A DNA stretch of 64,000 bases, from NCBI GenBank assembly GCA_049297495.1, contig JBAQUL010000015.1:128609-192608 (forward strand), in the 5' to 3' direction. Positions 29,992 to 39,684 of this stretch are shown one piece after another (within the stretch, counting starts at the first letter, position 1; every line of letters begins with the position of its first letter). The DNA comes from Candidatus Moraniibacteriota bacterium. Lineage in GTDB: Bacteria > Patescibacteriota > Minisyncoccia > Moranbacterales > UBA2206. Made by a program: the position numbers and the translations under genes. The notes beneath the pieces were generated by a model, which was not told the DNA's origin, searched no databases, and worked only from the letters and a program-made list of their open reading frames with translations.

Positions 29992-30504
29992 TTAAAGCGC
30001 GACGTAACCCAGTTGCTCAAAATAATTTTTAATGTCAGCATATTTTTTCCCCGCCAACATTCCACCGGCAATCATCTTATCCTGTGTCATATCCACTAAA
30101 CAAAATTCAGGCATTTTGAATTTTTCTTTCTCAGCAACATTTTCAAATTCAATGTCCACGAGGACAAGACCCAAAAGATCCCCTTCGAAAACATCCACTT
30201 CAAATGCATTGCCCTCGCAAGAGTAATAATATCTCGTTTTCGCGACAATCTGAGCTGGAAGCTTTACAAGAGTTTCAAATTCATCGATGTCGAGCAAAAT
30301 TGTTTCTTCCAATTGGCGCGACGCGTCAATGTCATCGATTGGTCGTTTTTTAGTAAGCTCCATTTTCTCTCCAGATTTTCTCAAACGCAAAACAGGATGA
30401 CTACTTTCAAATGGAAGATAGCGATCAATAATTTTCTTTGATGGGCAATTCAACAGTCCGTCGGGAATATATTTTGCCAAATAGGTCAGCTCAAGTTCTA
30501 TCAT
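29992..30504 (-). CDS. CYTH-domain protein
   Basis: MIELELTYL N-terminus (ExExK-like) and the acidic VDVFEGDLLGLVLVDIEFE strand typical of CYTH. Confidence 0.5.
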   Translation of the reverse strand: MIELELTYLAKYIPDGLLNCPSKKIIDRYLPFESSHPVLRLRKSGEKMELTKKRPIDDIDASRQLEETILLDIDEFETLVKLPAQIVAKTRYYYSCEGNAFEVDVFEGDLLGLVLVDIEFENVAEKEKFKMPEFCLVDMTQDKMIAGGMLAGKKYADIKNYFEQLGYVAL

Positions 30505-30521
30505 GTCTTTATGCTAAAAAA

Positions 30522-30938
30522 TTATTTTCTCTTTAATGATTGCGCCCCTCTCTTGCTCATCTCTTCGGCATAGCCGTCATAGCCTTTTTCTTTGATCATA
30601 TTGATGCACGCTTGTCGGTCGGAGCCAAAGATAAGAGAAAATAGTTTCGAGATAATATTATTAAACTTCTTGCATTCAGATGCGCTCGCATAGACCTTGC
30701 AATCAGCGCAACTAAGCTTTCCGCCTTCAATGCAACATTTGCGCACTTTGCACCAACTCGCCTTTTCATTTTTCTGACAACCCGGACACTTACCAATCTT
30801 GTACGCTTTGCATTCACCGCAATAGAGTCCGCAATAAGCAATTAGATTTTTGTTGGGCGTTTTTTGGTCCATAAATTTTGTAAATAAATTATTTATCAGA
30901 GCCATTATTCGGTTGCTTTTACTATTGCTTAGTGTCAT
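30522..30938 (-). CDS. Cysteine-rich protein (DUF3795-like)
   Basis: CGLYCGECKAYKIGKCPGCQ...CKVRKCC...CADCKV cysteine clusters. Start moved to an internal Met (ORF as listed would overlap the upstream gene by 70 nt). Confidence 0.4.
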   Translation of the reverse strand: MTLSNSKSNRIMALINNLFTKFMDQKTPNKNLIAYCGLYCGECKAYKIGKCPGCQKNEKASWCKVRKCCIEGGKLSCADCKVYASASECKKFNNIISKLFSLIFGSDRQACINMIKEKGYDGYAEEMSKRGAQSLKRK

Positions 30939-31275
30939 CTTTCGGCCACCCCCAATGCCAACTTGGTTTCTCTCCCTTTTTATAAGTAACAAAAAATAAG
31001 GCAGCGGTCAATAAAATGACGATAGCAAGAAAAGTGTATGGCACAGCGTCCTTTGGCGCCGCTTCGTCAATTGTTTTTGTTGCCGCGATAAGTAGTGCCA
31101 CGTAGACCACAATCACTAGCCACCCTTGCCATTTGACCGGTGTCCAGCCCCAACCAAACCTCTTTTGTTTAAACCAAAGACCTTTTGGGTTATCTTTGAC
31201 GTATGCGATGTATCTTTCAAGCATTTTTTTTATTTTAATAATTAAATCGCTACTCACTCGGTGCAAATTTTGCAC
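30922..31275 (-). CDS. Hypothetical membrane protein
   Basis: 117 aa, two TM helices, GTG start at 31275 as inferred from the ORF-track translation. A TGCA-N5-TGCA palindrome overlaps the start. Confidence 0.4.
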   Translation of the reverse strand: MQNLHRVSSDLIIKIKKMLERYIAYVKDNPKGLWFKQKRFGWGWTPVKWQGWLVIVVYVALLIAATKTIDEAAPKDAVPYTFLAIVILLTAALFFVTYKKGEKPSWHWGWPKDDTKQ

Positions 31276-31490
31276 ATACTAATCTCTGACTAACCTTTTT
31301 GTCTTCTTTGTTCTGAATTAGTTCCATCCTAGAACCAGTTGCCCCGCTCTTGGGTTTATTTTTGAACTTGTGCAATTTTTGCACCAGCTGCGGATTGCCG
31401 TGAACCTGTAAGCATTCTCTACAAGTTGGAATCTCTTTTTGAAATTATTTTTGAGCTATCCGGAATTTCCGGATAGTTGCAGATTTTGCA
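31262..31490. promoter_or_regulatory. Three TGCA-N5-TGCA palindromic sites at about 108-bp spacing plus a 21-bp perfect palindrome
   Basis: tgcaaattttgca (31262..31274), tgcaatttttgca (31371..31383) and tgcagattttgca (31478..31490). ctatccggaatttccggatag (31456..31476) is a perfect palindrome. Confidence 0.45.
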
Positions 31491-31699
31491 TAATGTCTTT
31501 TCTGCATATTACTTTTCGAAGCTATTTTCCAATTCTTAAAGGTATCGAATTCGACACGGTTAAGATTGTTCTATACTCGATATATCAACTAGTCTATACT
31601 TAAGTTTAATAAAATCAAAACTTAAAAAAGAACCATGCACTTTTTCCGATATTTAAGCCTAAATCTTACGGTGTATTGCGCTATATTGTCAAATAGTAT

Positions 31700-31810
31700 A
31701 ATATAGAGCTACAAAGACCTGTATTCCGAACTGTCGCCGGACGGCGGCGTGGCTGGGACAACCAGCATAGGAACGTGGTTGGAAATAGCCCCTTTTGGGG
31801 TTATTTTTTA
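31700..31810 (+). ncRNA. Candidate small RNA, promoter-like upstream and intrinsic terminator at 3' end
   Basis: Putative -35 TTGCGC (31676..31681), 17-nt spacer and -10 TAATAT (31699..31704). A GC-rich body (gtcgccggacggcggcgtggctggg...) ends in hairpin gcccc-tttt-ggggt plus a T-run (31786..31810). No ORF on either strand. Confidence 0.3.
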
Positions 31811-32437
31811 TTATCTAAAATTCCATTCGTCCTGAATATATTTTTCAATGATCTTTTTATAAATCACAGAATCGGCTTTATCTTTTTGATATGACCTATG
31901 AATTGCACCTGCAACCATATCCGCCATCTGAATCAAAGCGTCGCTCTTTGAATCAACGAGTTTGCAGTTTTGCAATATCTTTCGATCTTTTCCGTTCAAT
32001 TCTTTTCTAAGATAGGAAATAAAGTTTCTCCTAAATGTGCGATCTCCACTTCCATCGATTCTGATTCTTGCATCCACGATAGTTTCGTTACTGTGCTTTA
32101 GCATCATCTTGATTATATAGCTATAAAAAGAATTTTTGTTACTTTTTAATTCTGGGCTATAAAGCAGATTTTTATCGACTACCACGCATCTTATTCTAAA
32201 CTTATGTTTCTTAATGCATTCTAAAAATTTTACCCTATTTTCATCTTTTGATTTGTGGAATTTAAACTCCACATCATCTCGTTCAAATAACTCTCTTCTT
32301 AATTCTTTTATCGAAATAGCTGTTTTTTCCGCTTCTAGATTGTCATCAAAAATGACCGCACTGATAATGAAAAATCGACTGGATCCTTTATCGAATTTAA
32401 ATCCAGCGCAACCCGAATCATCAATAAAAACTAACAT
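31811..32437 (-). CDS. DUF3800-domain protein
   Basis: N-terminal FIDDSG and C-terminal LIQMADMVAGAI match the DUF3800 (PF12686) termini. Confidence 0.6.
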   Translation of the reverse strand: MLVFIDDSGCAGFKFDKGSSRFFIISAVIFDDNLEAEKTAISIKELRRELFERDDVEFKFHKSKDENRVKFLECIKKHKFRIRCVVVDKNLLYSPELKSNKNSFYSYIIKMMLKHSNETIVDARIRIDGSGDRTFRRNFISYLRKELNGKDRKILQNCKLVDSKSDALIQMADMVAGAIHRSYQKDKADSVIYKKIIEKYIQDEWNFR

Positions 32438-32529
32438 AAAAAATTCTTTTTATATTTTTTAGATTTGATCTATCCTACTGATATTATACCACTATAATAA
32501 TCCTCCCGGCAAGCACCTTGATTGTGTAA

Positions 32530-32931
32530 TTATTTCCAATTCAAATAAGTAATCGTAAGTTGCAGCGCGGTGGCAAAGGCGACCCAGAGGAGATATGGGA
32601 TTTGAATGTAGCTGATCCAGCGTGCATGAGGATAGATGGCAATTATTGCCCAAATAAGCGTGGCCAACACCAGCACGATATCAATGGCGGCCAAGAGATT
32701 GTTTTTCAGGCCAAATTGCAAAAATGTAAAAGAAAGATTGAAAATCAGATTGAGGACATATGGCAAGACAACAATAAAAGAAATTTCTTTTTTGAAAAAC
32801 ATCAAAAAAACTTTCGCGAAAGAAATAGCAATCAAAGCATAAAGAAAAGTCCACACCGGACCAAACAGCCAAGCCGGCGGCGACCAAGTAGGTTTAATTA
32901 ATTGCAAATACCAACTCTGTGCTTCATTCAT
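32530..32931 (-). CDS. TspO/MBR (tryptophan-rich sensory protein) family membrane protein
   Basis: WYLQLIKPTWSPPAWLFGPVWTFLYALIAI matches the TspO N-terminal signature. Confidence 0.65.
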   Translation of the reverse strand: MNEAQSWYLQLIKPTWSPPAWLFGPVWTFLYALIAISFAKVFLMFFKKEISFIVVLPYVLNLIFNLSFTFLQFGLKNNLLAAIDIVLVLATLIWAIIAIYPHARWISYIQIPYLLWVAFATALQLTITYLNWK

Positions 32932-32971
32932 AGGTTTTTTGTTTTATATACGCTAATTAATAACTTTATGA

Positions 32972-33820
32972 TTAAACTTTTGCTAATTTTTTAATTTTCC
33001 TATTCGGTAAATAATTCTCACCAGTTACGACCGATTTGCCGGTTTTTTCTTCCAGTGCAATCCTCGCATCTTTGGCAATTTTTCCGCCCTTTTTTGCCGG
33101 TATCTTATTTTCTTCCAAGCCTTTTGTCTTGTCCGTCTCTGCAATCCTGCGCGTGGAAAGTTCCGCAAGCGCGGTGAAGATTAATTCTTCTTCACTCATA
33201 TGATCACGCAGATTTTGTGTTTTTAGTCCCTTGAGATTTTTATGCGCCTTTACTGACAAATCGCTCCATTCCTCGTGAATGATATTAGTCAGAATCGCAA
33301 ATTCATCCCCCTTTTTCACGCCACTGTCAGACCAATAATCCGTTAACTTATTTCTAGTTTCTTGCCCGGTCATTCGTTGCTGAATCCATTTTTCGCTTCG
33401 CCCTTGTTTTTTCCAATATTCACGGGAGCGATCAAGCGCTTTTTCCGGATCTGCCATTTCCTGCATTCGTTCATAGCCTACCTTGGCCAGCCAAAGCTTG
33501 ATTGGCTCGGCTTTTTTGCTGGGCACAGATTGGATAAGACGCAAAATGGTTTCCGTGTCAGCAACATCGGTTTCTCTCATTTTTCCATCTTGAGCGATCA
33601 TTTTCAACTGGTCACATTTTGTGACCACTTCACTTCCTTCGCTTTTTAAACGATTCTTGAGCGTAGTCCAATAGCTTTTTGCTTTTTTAAAATCTGTTTG
33701 CTCTATTAGAGCAGCAACAATATCAATCACCGAGAAGTACCAGATTTCCGTCTTTTCGTCGTAGTGACGGCGGATTCTAAAATTTTCAAAAATCGCCAGT
33801 GAGTTGTGTTTATTTTTCAT
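32972..33820 (-). CDS. Bro-N domain / DNA-damage-inducible protein D (DinD)-like protein
   Basis: N-terminal Bro-N-like segment (IFENFRIRRHYDEKTEIWYFSVIDIVAAL). The C-terminal half is similar to E. coli DinD (LKGLKTQNLRDHMSEEELIFTALAELSTRRI...). Confidence 0.65.
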   Translation of the reverse strand: MKNKHNSLAIFENFRIRRHYDEKTEIWYFSVIDIVAALIEQTDFKKAKSYWTTLKNRLKSEGSEVVTKCDQLKMIAQDGKMRETDVADTETILRLIQSVPSKKAEPIKLWLAKVGYERMQEMADPEKALDRSREYWKKQGRSEKWIQQRMTGQETRNKLTDYWSDSGVKKGDEFAILTNIIHEEWSDLSVKAHKNLKGLKTQNLRDHMSEEELIFTALAELSTRRIAETDKTKGLEENKIPAKKGGKIAKDARIALEEKTGKSVVTGENYLPNRKIKKLAKV

Positions 33821-33911
33821 ATTATTTAATCTGTTGATTATAATGATATTGTATCATTATAATAATTCCTTGGCAAGATTTGTCCATTCTGAGCAATAAT
33901 TCCTCTTTAAA

Positions 33912-34586
33912 CTATTTCTCATCGATGTATTGCTTATTCAAAATCAATATTTCATCTAGGTCTTTTCTAGAAAAATGAGAATAGGTTTTGAGAACATCGT
34001 CAATTTTTCGTTCTGAGCTTCCCTCATTCTTTTCGACAAAACTTTCCGTCAATTGAGCATACTTTGAACCAAGGACAATTTTCAATATTGCTTCAACTTC
34101 TTTGTCCGATGTTTTTTGAGCAATTCCATCTGACAACTGACGATAAATGAAATAAGCCGCCTCCCTGAAATCATAGGTGCCAGTGTTAATTATTTTCTTG
34201 TCCTTCCAATGCAATATTTTATACGGCAAATAACCAAAAAGGAGAACTGGGATGAAAAAAAATGCTGCTAAAACGCCAAAATTTATTATTGTCTCCAATG
34301 AAAAAATTTCGAGCATACTATGACTTTCTTCATAGTGCAACCAGGCAGTCAGGATGTACAATAGGAACACAAAAAAAATAATAACTTTCTTTATCTCTTG
34401 CTTAGTAAGAACCATATTCGCATCCAATCCCAAAAAGATGAGAGGGACATAGGCTAAAAATGCCCAGAACCGATCAATATTGTATTGGTCAAGAATTAAT
34501 ATTAGAGCTGTAGTTAAGACCGTGACCACCAAATTGAGCCAAAGCCAATATTTGCGTGTTTTGAATTTTAACTCTTGGAGATTCAT
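33912..34586 (-). CDS. Hypothetical polytopic membrane protein
   Basis: Several TM helices in N-terminal half. No motif. Confidence 0.35.
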   Translation of the reverse strand: MNLQELKFKTRKYWLWLNLVVTVLTTALILILDQYNIDRFWAFLAYVPLIFLGLDANMVLTKQEIKKVIIFFVFLLYILTAWLHYEESHSMLEIFSLETIINFGVLAAFFFIPVLLFGYLPYKILHWKDKKIINTGTYDFREAAYFIYRQLSDGIAQKTSDKEVEAILKIVLGSKYAQLTESFVEKNEGSSERKIDDVLKTYSHFSRKDLDEILILNKQYIDEK

Positions 34587-34716
34587 TTTTTTATTATTAA
34601 TAATTAGTCAGTTAGCGCAAATTTTGCACACACTTCCGCGAGGGGAGAAATTAGTTTTTAGTTGTTTGTGGTTTTTACGTGAAATTAGCTCTTCGCCTCC
34701 ATGCCAGTTCGCCAGA

Positions 34717-35346
34717 TCATAGCTGCACATACGCTGACCAGCAAGTATCATCTTGCGGGATATAGACAGGGTGCAGCTGATGCGTCTTGAAAACCTCTTC
34801 AATTGCCTTGGTCGCCCCAGGACAATGCTCGTGACCATAATCATCAAAATAGATCACGCCATGTTCTCTCATTATTTTTGGAACATTTTGAGCGCAATAT
34901 TTAACTGGGACATACAAATCACAATCCACATGCGCAAATGAGACGTCTTTTATCCCTAGTGATTCCAAAATTTCTTCAACCTTTCCGGTGTACAAAACAA
35001 TTTGATTTTCAAGTCCCTTTGATTTGATATATTCTTCCAAAGTCGCTTTTTCGACGTCCGCATATTTTCCCTCCGGATGAACGGCGTGACCATCGCTGTA
35101 GGGATGGCCAACGAAAGTGTCCACACCATAAACCTTATACTCCGGACAAATTTCTTTCAAGACTTCCGCCAACGCGATGAGCGTCCCACCCCGATACACA
35201 CCAACTTCCAAAATATTTCCTGGCGTTCGCTTAAGTGTTTCTTTGCATTTCCATACCAAATATTTCAGCCTGTTTTCAGGAATAACCGTTGCTCCATAAG
35301 GAACGGTTTCAATTGGCTCGTTAACATTCACTCCGTCGGTTTTCAT
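34717..35346 (-). CDS. Class I SAM-dependent O-methyltransferase (TylF/MycF-like)
   Basis: LEVGVYRGGT SAM-binding loop and HVDCDLY motif characteristic of macrocin-O-methyltransferase-like enzymes. Confidence 0.65.
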   Translation of the reverse strand: MKTDGVNVNEPIETVPYGATVIPENRLKYLVWKCKETLKRTPGNILEVGVYRGGTLIALAEVLKEICPEYKVYGVDTFVGHPYSDGHAVHPEGKYADVEKATLEEYIKSKGLENQIVLYTGKVEEILESLGIKDVSFAHVDCDLYVPVKYCAQNVPKIMREHGVIYFDDYGHEHCPGATKAIEEVFKTHQLHPVYIPQDDTCWSAYVQL

Positions 35347-35423
35347 GAGTTATTTTCTAATTTTTTTATGCTCGCGTTCCCCGCCAAAGACTTCATCTGA
35401 ACTGGTCGAGGACGGCCCTCTAT

Positions 35424-36794
35424 CTATTCACCTTCGCCATTTCTCCTGCTGAAACATATCTTACCACCGACAATTTCCACTTTCCTTTCTTCTGCTTTTT
35501 GATAAGACTTAAGCGCTGGGTCAATAACACTCATAAAATCACTCGATTTCTGCAATTCTGGCTCCAAATCAATATTTCTTTTTTTAAGAAATCTTAGCAT
35601 AAGAATAGCATGCGCCCAAGCATCCCGTTCGCATTTTTCATATCCCTTCAATACTTCGCCAAACTTATCGCATTGAGCTACATATTTTTTACCATCATAA
35701 CGATTAAAAACAATGTCGCCCGCCTTCACTCTATTGCTATCATAAATAAAATTATCCCTGTCAAAACTAATTCCCCTATCTCCCAATTGTTTGCGAACAA
35801 ATTGCACATATTTTTCACTCCTTTCTTCACTCAACTCTCCATTTTTTAGCTCTGTCATATTATCCTCCAACAATCCCAATAAAACAACAACGTCCAAATG
35901 AAGCTTCCCAAAATCTCCTCTCTCGTGCTTTCCAATGTATGCTTGCTGCCAACTATGAGCAATTTCGTGGAATAAGGCCAGTATATTTCCCTTCTTTGTT
36001 AAATCGCCATAATAAACTGTTTTTAAATTAAGATTGTAATAAAAGTTGCCGTTTGAACCACTTACTCCCGAATAAATTTTCAAATCTACCGGATAAATCC
36101 TATTAAGAAGAATGTTCTTTTCAGAATCATACTCCTCCTTAATATTGCACATATCTGAAGGGGCTAAAATATTCTCATTAGGAAGGAGTTGTTCGATATC
36201 TAATTTTAACCCGGAATTCCAATCAGAAATAATCAGCTGAGAAGAAATATAGTTATCCTCTTCCCCTAGCTGGTTATGCAACAACTCCTCTATTGTAATC
36301 TTACCATTATCTTTTAAATTTCGATGGTAAGATTCTTGCAACATATAACCGTCTCTTTTCTCCTCGTATACTTCCGAACTAAACCCTCGACTGAAATCGC
36401 GAAACTCTTGCACCTTATTGAGCTTGTTCCCCAATTTCAATCTCTCATTTTCAAAAGCAACAATAGATGGCATCTGATCGATGTGACTATACTCTTTTTC
36501 TGGCTTATGCAGTGATGATGGAATTAATTCTTCGAAATAGCTGCCCGCGCCAATACTGGCAAATATTGAGTTAGTCAAAAGAGCGCCATATTGCTCTAAG
36601 GATTTTTTCATTTCTTCATCAATTTTTCCCTCCTCTATTCCCATCATCTCATAAACACACCTCATCACCGTTGTCCGCATATTAGCATAATACTCTTCCA
36701 TATCCATCTTTCTGGATTCATTTTCCTGTATTGGTGCTTTCTCTGATTGATTGATCATATTAATAATCGGTTTATAATTATTTTTTAAGCGCAT
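35424..36794 (-). CDS. Hypothetical protein with HExxH zinc-metallopeptidase motif
   Basis: 456 aa, single HEIAHSW motif. No other recognisable domain. Confidence 0.4.
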   Translation of the reverse strand: MRLKNNYKPIINMINQSEKAPIQENESRKMDMEEYYANMRTTVMRCVYEMMGIEEGKIDEEMKKSLEQYGALLTNSIFASIGAGSYFEELIPSSLHKPEKEYSHIDQMPSIVAFENERLKLGNKLNKVQEFRDFSRGFSSEVYEEKRDGYMLQESYHRNLKDNGKITIEELLHNQLGEEDNYISSQLIISDWNSGLKLDIEQLLPNENILAPSDMCNIKEEYDSEKNILLNRIYPVDLKIYSGVSGSNGNFYYNLNLKTVYYGDLTKKGNILALFHEIAHSWQQAYIGKHERGDFGKLHLDVVVLLGLLEDNMTELKNGELSEERSEKYVQFVRKQLGDRGISFDRDNFIYDSNRVKAGDIVFNRYDGKKYVAQCDKFGEVLKGYEKCERDAWAHAILMLRFLKKRNIDLEPELQKSSDFMSVIDPALKSYQKAEERKVEIVGGKICFSRRNGEGE

Positions 36795-36840
36795 CCCTCA
36801 AAACCGCCCACATCAAGTTTTTTTGAGTCATATGCTTTAG

Positions 36841-37071
36841 TTATCTACCCAAAGAAAACCAAGAAATTATCACTAAAACTATAGCAGCTACCAGAATGAT
36901 CGCGAGTGTCGATATTTTCAGGGGTTTTGGATTGAATTTTTTGAGAACACGATCTGAGAGGGCTTTCATGATCATTACCATGACAAGCAAAAAGAAGAGA
37001 AAAAGAAAATACTTCATAGTTGTTGGGCTCGAGAACGTTTTCACTATTATTGCAAAAAGGTCTATTTTCAT
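36841..37071 (-). CDS. Small membrane protein
   Basis: 76 aa, two TM helices. Confidence 0.3.
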   Translation of the reverse strand: MKIDLFAIIVKTFSSPTTMKYFLFLFFLLVMVMIMKALSDRVLKKFNPKPLKISTLAIILVAAIVLVIISWFSLGR

Positions 37072-37135
37072 TTTTTTGTTTTATGTAAGTAATTGATTAT
37101 GTAATCAAAACTACGACTTGCAACAACTAAAAGAT

Positions 37136-39490
37136 TTATTTAAGTTCATACTTCTCACTTGCCTTAGCGTACAAGTTTTTTTGAAATCCAAAAAAGATTT
37201 TTCGAATTTGATCAACATCACCCAATGATTGCTCAGCATTAGCAATTGCATTGTATTTCAAATTTAACAGCATTGGTAATTTTTCCTCATCCAATTCGTC
37301 AACACCATTTTCTTCATATTTTGAAAGCACAAAATTTAAAAAGTTTTTCTGTTCATTGCCGACATTAGCTAGGATTTTTTCTTTTGATTGCTCTACTCTT
37401 TGCACGCGGGAAATCGTTGGTGTGAGAAATGAAATATAGACCAAAACGTCGAACAGATCACTATTTTCCGCGTCAATCATTTTTTGCAATGTTTCCAGCT
37501 CATCTTTGCCATAACCCATTTCTGCGATTTTATCCAAAAATACTTTGCGCGATGCAGGGTTTGACCAAATCACGCGAAGTTCATCTTCAGTTTTGAAAAA
37601 TTCCGGCATGGCGCCAAAGAGATTATTCATAAATTCCTCAATTGAAATCGGCTTACCATCTGCGCTCCAAAAAGAAGTCGAGATCATATGTTGAATCTCG
37701 CGCTCTTTTCCATCACGCAATTTTATTCTTAGCTTTTTTTGTGGCTCAATTCTGGCATCACGAAGTATTTCAGCGCCAGTTTCTTTGGATGCCATTTTGT
37801 AGCCCTCGCTCTGTTTTTCAGCTTTAATTTCCTCAATTGGTTCTCCGTCCCACTCTTTGTCAGCAAAGTGATGATAGGCATCGACAAAATCCAAAATCGT
37901 AAAAAATTCTTTACCCTCAAAAAGTCTCGTTCCCCTGCCAATGATTTGCTTAAATTCAATCATGGAATTGACCGGGCGCATTAGCACAATATTTCTGATA
38001 TTTCGTGCGTCCACTCCGGTGGAAAGCTTTTGCGAAGTGGTGAGAATTGTCGGAATGGTTTTTTCGTTATCCTGAAACTCGCGCAAGAATTGCTCGCCGC
38101 GAAATCCGTCATTGGCCGTCACTCGCACGCAATAATTCGGATCCTTGCTTTCCTTCATCTGATTGACCAAATCACGCACCGCCAGCGCATGATCTTGGTT
38201 GGCGCAAAAAATGATTGTTTTTTCGTTTTGATTAATTTCGGAAAGCACAACACGAACTCGCTTGGCTTCGCGTTCTTTGATAATTATGATTTTATTAAAA
38301 TCTGGCTCTTCATAGATTTTCCCTTCTTCCACTTCACCTTCAATGATTTGATCGTCTGAAGTGTAAACATAATCATCGAGAGTTGTCTTGATCCGCTTAA
38401 CCTTGAAGGGCGTGAGAAATCCATCATTTACGCCTTCTTTCAAAGAATAAATATACACCGGCTCGCCAAAATATTGATAGGTATCAACATTGTCTTTGCG
38501 TTTTGGCGTGGCAGTGAGACCGAGTTGCACCGCTGGTGAAAAATATTCTAAAATCCCCCGCCAATTACTTTCGTCATTCGCACCACCACGATGACATTCA
38601 TCAATGATAATAAAATCAAAAAAATCTGCTGGATATTCTCCAAAATATGGCGTACCATTTTGGCCGCCTTGCAGTGAGCTAGCCGAACCTGTCATAAAAG
38701 TTTGAAAAATCGTGAAATAGACCGAGCCACTCATCGGAACTCCGCCTTTTTTTCTAATATCAAGCGGATTGATCCGCACCAGTGCATCTTCGGAAAAAGC
38801 GGAAAAAGCATTAAAAGCTTGATCGGCTAAAATATTTCTGTCAGCCAAAAACAAAATCCGCGGCCGACGCTCCCCGTCCCGCTTCAGGTTCCATCTAGTT
38901 TGAAAAAGCTTCCAGGCAATTTGAAAAGCAATGAATGTTTTTCCTGTTCCAGTCGCCAGTGTCAAAAGAATGCGCTTTTTTTCTTCTGCAATTGCATCAA
39001 GCGCTCGCTCCACGGCTAGCTCCTGATAGTATCTTGGCTTCTTGCCAGTTCCGCCATCTTCAAACGGAACAGCATTGAATTTTTCTTTCCATTCATTTTG
39101 ATCTGAGAAAGTTTTGTGCCAAAGTTCGTCTGGCGTGGGAAAATCAGAAATATTTCCTTCTTGCCCATTTTTCATCGAGATCTGATAGATTTCTTTTCCA
39201 TTGGTCGCAAAGGTATACTCGATCTGCAATTTTTTGGCATAGGCCTTGGCCTGTGCCACCCCTTCCGTTGTCTCCAAATTTTCCGCCTTCGCTTCAATCA
39301 CGCCAATCTTACGATTACGATAAACTAAAATATAGTCGGCAATTTCCGGCTTGGCGCGCAGTCCACCGACTTGAATCCGACCTTCTGTAATGCGAAATTC
39401 ACGCAGAACTTTTGAGCCTTCCACTTCGCCCCAACCACTAGCCTTGAGCTTTGGGTCAATATATTCCGCCCTGGTTTCTGATTCGTTCAT
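37136..39490 (-). CDS. hsdR: Type I restriction enzyme R subunit (HsdR, EcoEI-like)
   Basis: N-terminal nuclease region SETRAEYIDPKLKASGW...VIEAK. SF2 helicase motifs LATGTGKT, DECHRG, GLTATP and QIIGRGTR. Long C-terminal EcoEI_R_C-like tail. Confidence 0.9.
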   Translation of the reverse strand: MNESETRAEYIDPKLKASGWGEVEGSKVLREFRITEGRIQVGGLRAKPEIADYILVYRNRKIGVIEAKAENLETTEGVAQAKAYAKKLQIEYTFATNGKEIYQISMKNGQEGNISDFPTPDELWHKTFSDQNEWKEKFNAVPFEDGGTGKKPRYYQELAVERALDAIAEEKKRILLTLATGTGKTFIAFQIAWKLFQTRWNLKRDGERRPRILFLADRNILADQAFNAFSAFSEDALVRINPLDIRKKGGVPMSGSVYFTIFQTFMTGSASSLQGGQNGTPYFGEYPADFFDFIIIDECHRGGANDESNWRGILEYFSPAVQLGLTATPKRKDNVDTYQYFGEPVYIYSLKEGVNDGFLTPFKVKRIKTTLDDYVYTSDDQIIEGEVEEGKIYEEPDFNKIIIIKEREAKRVRVVLSEINQNEKTIIFCANQDHALAVRDLVNQMKESKDPNYCVRVTANDGFRGEQFLREFQDNEKTIPTILTTSQKLSTGVDARNIRNIVLMRPVNSMIEFKQIIGRGTRLFEGKEFFTILDFVDAYHHFADKEWDGEPIEEIKAEKQSEGYKMASKETGAEILRDARIEPQKKLRIKLRDGKEREIQHMISTSFWSADGKPISIEEFMNNLFGAMPEFFKTEDELRVIWSNPASRKVFLDKIAEMGYGKDELETLQKMIDAENSDLFDVLVYISFLTPTISRVQRVEQSKEKILANVGNEQKNFLNFVLSKYEENGVDELDEEKLPMLLNLKYNAIANAEQSLGDVDQIRKIFFGFQKNLYAKASEKYELK

Positions 39491-39492
39491 AA

Positions 39493-39681
39493 TTATTTTC
39501 TACCGTAACGTTTTTCGATTTCTCCTTTTGCCAGCTCCCTTCCTGACCATCGACCAAAGCGCGCCCCGCAATCATTACAATCAATTTCACTGACCCCATC
39601 GTAACGCTCTGGACTGTTGTAGTCATATTCGACCATAACTATGTTTTTGCTTCCGCATTTTTTGCATTTTTCATTGTCCAT
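39493..39681 (-). CDS. Small zinc-ribbon protein
   Basis: 62 aa with CKKCGS...CNDCGA (CxxC...CxxC). Start is 4 nt after the fic stop. Confidence 0.4.
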   Translation of the reverse strand: MDNEKCKKCGSKNIVMVEYDYNSPERYDGVSEIDCNDCGARFGRWSGRELAKGEIEKRYGRK

Positions 39682-39684
39682 TTT

